Below the pieces are notes generated by a model that ran no database searches, was not told where the DNA came from, and saw only the letters and a list, made by a program, of their open reading frames with translations. The position numbers and the translations under genes were made by a program. DNA of 64,000 nucleotides from an uncultured bacterium (GTDB lineage: Bacteria; Spirochaetota; UBA4802; JAGODF01): the NCBI GenBank assembly GCA_937921485.1, contig CAKZSV010000016.1, forward strand, positions 334-64,333, read 5' to 3'. Below, in pieces: positions 61,926 through 64,000 of the stretch (its first letter is position 1; each line of letters starts with the position of its first letter).

Positions 61926-62930
61926 ATGAAGGAATCAGCGCATGAAATAATTGAAGACTTCTGCCGGGAATCGCTCGGGAATTGCGATTTCTGCGAGATG
62001 CTTGCGGGCGATGCTTCCACCCGGCAATATTTTCGCGTACAGCATGCGGATCGAACCTGCATCGTATGCCATGATCCCGCGTTCGCGGGATGCGATCCCT
62101 CCGGGTATCCGTTTCTGCAGGTGCATACACTCTTTGCGCGCCATGCCATCCCCGTTCCGAAAGTATATCGCCATGATTCTGCGCGCGGGCTTATCTTGCA
62201 GGAAGATGGCGGAGATTTGCTTCTGGAAGATTATGTAGAAGGAACACCTGATGATGTGCTGTGTTCTCTGTATGAAAAACTCATAGATATAATTATCTCT
62301 ATTCAGCGTATCGCCGACGACGGTTCAATTCCTTTCTCGCTTTTTTTTGACGAAGAGAAGCTCAATTTCGAATTTTCCTTTTTTCTGGAGCATGCACTGG
62401 AAGGCTTTTTTAATGTACAGCTTTCTGAAAAACTACAAAAAGAACTTCGCTCGTGTTTTATGGCAATTTCGAAACTGCTTCAGCGCAACGACCTTTTCGT
62501 GCTCTGCCATCGGGATTATCATGCAAGAAATATTTTAATGCGTGACGAGGGATTCCTTGTGATAGATTTTCAGGATGCGCGCATGGGGCTTCCGCTCTAC
62601 GACCCTGTATCGCTTCTTCGCGATTCCTACGTAACGCTATCCGATGATGCGTTCGAGCATCTAAAAAAATATTATTATGATGCATCACTAAAAAGCGGCA
62701 TTCACGCGCTTGGCCGTGATGAATTTGAATATTTATTCCATCTTTCGGCATTTCAAAGAAACGTGAAGGCGCTTGGAACGTTTGGCTATCAGATTGCGAG
62801 GCGCGGAAAACACATCTATCGGCAGTACATCGACCGCACCATCGGCTATCTTGCAACATACACTAACTTCGAGGATGAAATTTCCCGGCCGGCGCGCATC
62901 ATTCTTGACTGCCTGCGGAGCGAGCCGTGA
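61926..62930 (+). CDS. amgK: AmgK-like anomeric MurNAc/GlcNAc kinase (APH family)
   Basis: GDASTRQYFR, CHRDYHARN, IDFQDA, QRNVKALGTF. Confidence 0.85.
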   Translation: MKESAHEIIEDFCRESLGNCDFCEMLAGDASTRQYFRVQHADRTCIVCHDPAFAGCDPSGYPFLQVHTLFARHAIPVPKVYRHDSARGLILQEDGGDLLLEDYVEGTPDDVLCSLYEKLIDIIISIQRIADDGSIPFSLFFDEEKLNFEFSFFLEHALEGFFNVQLSEKLQKELRSCFMAISKLLQRNDLFVLCHRDYHARNILMRDEGFLVIDFQDARMGLPLYDPVSLLRDSYVTLSDDAFEHLKKYYYDASLKSGIHALGRDEFEYLFHLSAFQRNVKALGTFGYQIARRGKHIYRQYIDRTIGYLATYTNFEDEISRPARIILDCLRSEP

Positions 62931-63853
62931 AGGCATTTATTTTTACCGCCGGCTACGGTGAACGCCTGAAGCCCGTGACCGATACGATTCCCAAACCTCT
63001 TGTTTGTGTCCTCAATCGTCCCGCCATTGAATGGCCGCTTGCACTGCTGAAAAGAGCAGGTATTCGCGAGGTGGTATGCAATCTGCATCATCTCGGAAAC
63101 GCTATTGAGCAATATTTTGAAGATCACGCATCGTTTGGTTTCAATGTGGCATTTTCCTTTGAGAAAGAAATTCTTGGAACCGGCGGCGGGTTGAAACAAT
63201 GTGAATCATTGCTGGGGGACGATGAATTCCTTGTTCTCAACGGCGATGTGGTGATGGATCTGGATATCAATGCGCTTTTAGCATTTCATCGGCAAAGAAA
63301 TTCGAAAGCCACGGTGGTGCTGTATCCCCACCCGAACTCGGCTTCAATTGGGCCGGTCGGGGTGAGGGATGATCATGTTGTGGATTTTAAAAACTTCCTT
63401 GGAACCGGCCTTGATTCGGGGTTTGTGTACACAGGCGCGGCCGTGCTGAGCCCTGAAATATTTACATATTTAAAACCGGAATTTTCGACCATCGTGTATA
63501 CCGCCTATATTGAATTCGTACAGCGAAATGCGCTGAACTATTTTGTGCATCGGGGATACTGGCACGATATTGGAACAGCAGAGAACTTATATCGCGCAAA
63601 CATGGCCATGCTCGATTGTAAAGCGGTGGCATCGAAGCTTTTGGAGCCTCTCGGCATTTCGATAACACCTATATCACCCCGGGCGTCGGTTCATCCGGAT
63701 GCGGTTGTCGAAAAATCCGTTGTCGGAGCCCGAACCGTTATTTCGAAAGGTGCGCGGATTGTGCAATCGGTGCTGCTGCCAGGAGCGAATGTGGCAGATG
63801 GTGCTATAGTGCATGATGCGCTGCTCTGGGGAGAGATGAATCTGCTGGGGTAG
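62927..63853 (+). CDS. murU: MurU-like sugar-1-phosphate nucleotidyltransferase with C-terminal beta-helix
   Basis: AGYGERLKPVT..PKPL, LGTGGG, NGD, WHDIGT; overlaps amgK. Confidence 0.75.
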   Translation: MKAFIFTAGYGERLKPVTDTIPKPLVCVLNRPAIEWPLALLKRAGIREVVCNLHHLGNAIEQYFEDHASFGFNVAFSFEKEILGTGGGLKQCESLLGDDEFLVLNGDVVMDLDINALLAFHRQRNSKATVVLYPHPNSASIGPVGVRDDHVVDFKNFLGTGLDSGFVYTGAAVLSPEIFTYLKPEFSTIVYTAYIEFVQRNALNYFVHRGYWHDIGTAENLYRANMAMLDCKAVASKLLEPLGISITPISPRASVHPDAVVEKSVVGARTVISKGARIVQSVLLPGANVADGAIVHDALLWGEMNLLG

Positions 63854-63941
63854 GCGAATGCGTAGCGGTTTGATAAACTAACCAGGCGGAAAACCATATC
63901 TGCCCATTATTTTTTCTGGCTGGAGTGATTTTCAAGCATGC

Positions 63942-64000
63942 GGCACCTCTAAAAACTCAAAAAAGCTTAAAAAAAATATGTGATATATTATTGCTGTTAA
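63942..64000 (+). mobile_element. Possible end of an IS or MITE related to the repeats (continues beyond window)
   Basis: GGCACCTCTAAAAAC is identical to the copy-1 terminus (reverse complement), then diverges. Confidence 0.5.

Overview
Chromosomal segment of a probable Spirochaetota bacterium. A Leptospira-related lineage is inferred from rpsT-HU synteny, the DNPR-type MurE and the spirochaete-like dcw order. The left flank holds T2SS gspC/gspE, a VKOR-DsbA fusion, an SPL-like radical SAM enzyme and prfB. The right flank holds mltG, tgt, tRNA-Val, rpsT, mpl, the dcw cluster from mraZ to ftsZ, and amgK/murU-like recycling genes. The centre (about 10.5-38.5 kb) is a catabolic region. It has a galactoside operon (GT-B protein, galK, GH36, GH42, with divergent galE) and what looks like a complete sulfoquinovose transketolase (sulfo-TK) pathway: GPH transporter, SQ isomerase, YihQ sulfoquinovosidase, split transketolase, RpiB-like isomerase, and DASS and TauE transporters. 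Its only aldehyde-processing enzyme is a W/Mo aldehyde:ferredoxin oxidoreductase. The three catabolic operons carry the same 18-bp pseudo-palindrome inside their sigma70 promoters, which suggests one regulon for thylakoid glycolipids (MGDG, DGDG, SQDG). Five toxin-antitoxin pairs and three copies of a ~113-bp MITE-like repeat lie in and around this region. All calls come from reading motifs by eye; no database searches were run.
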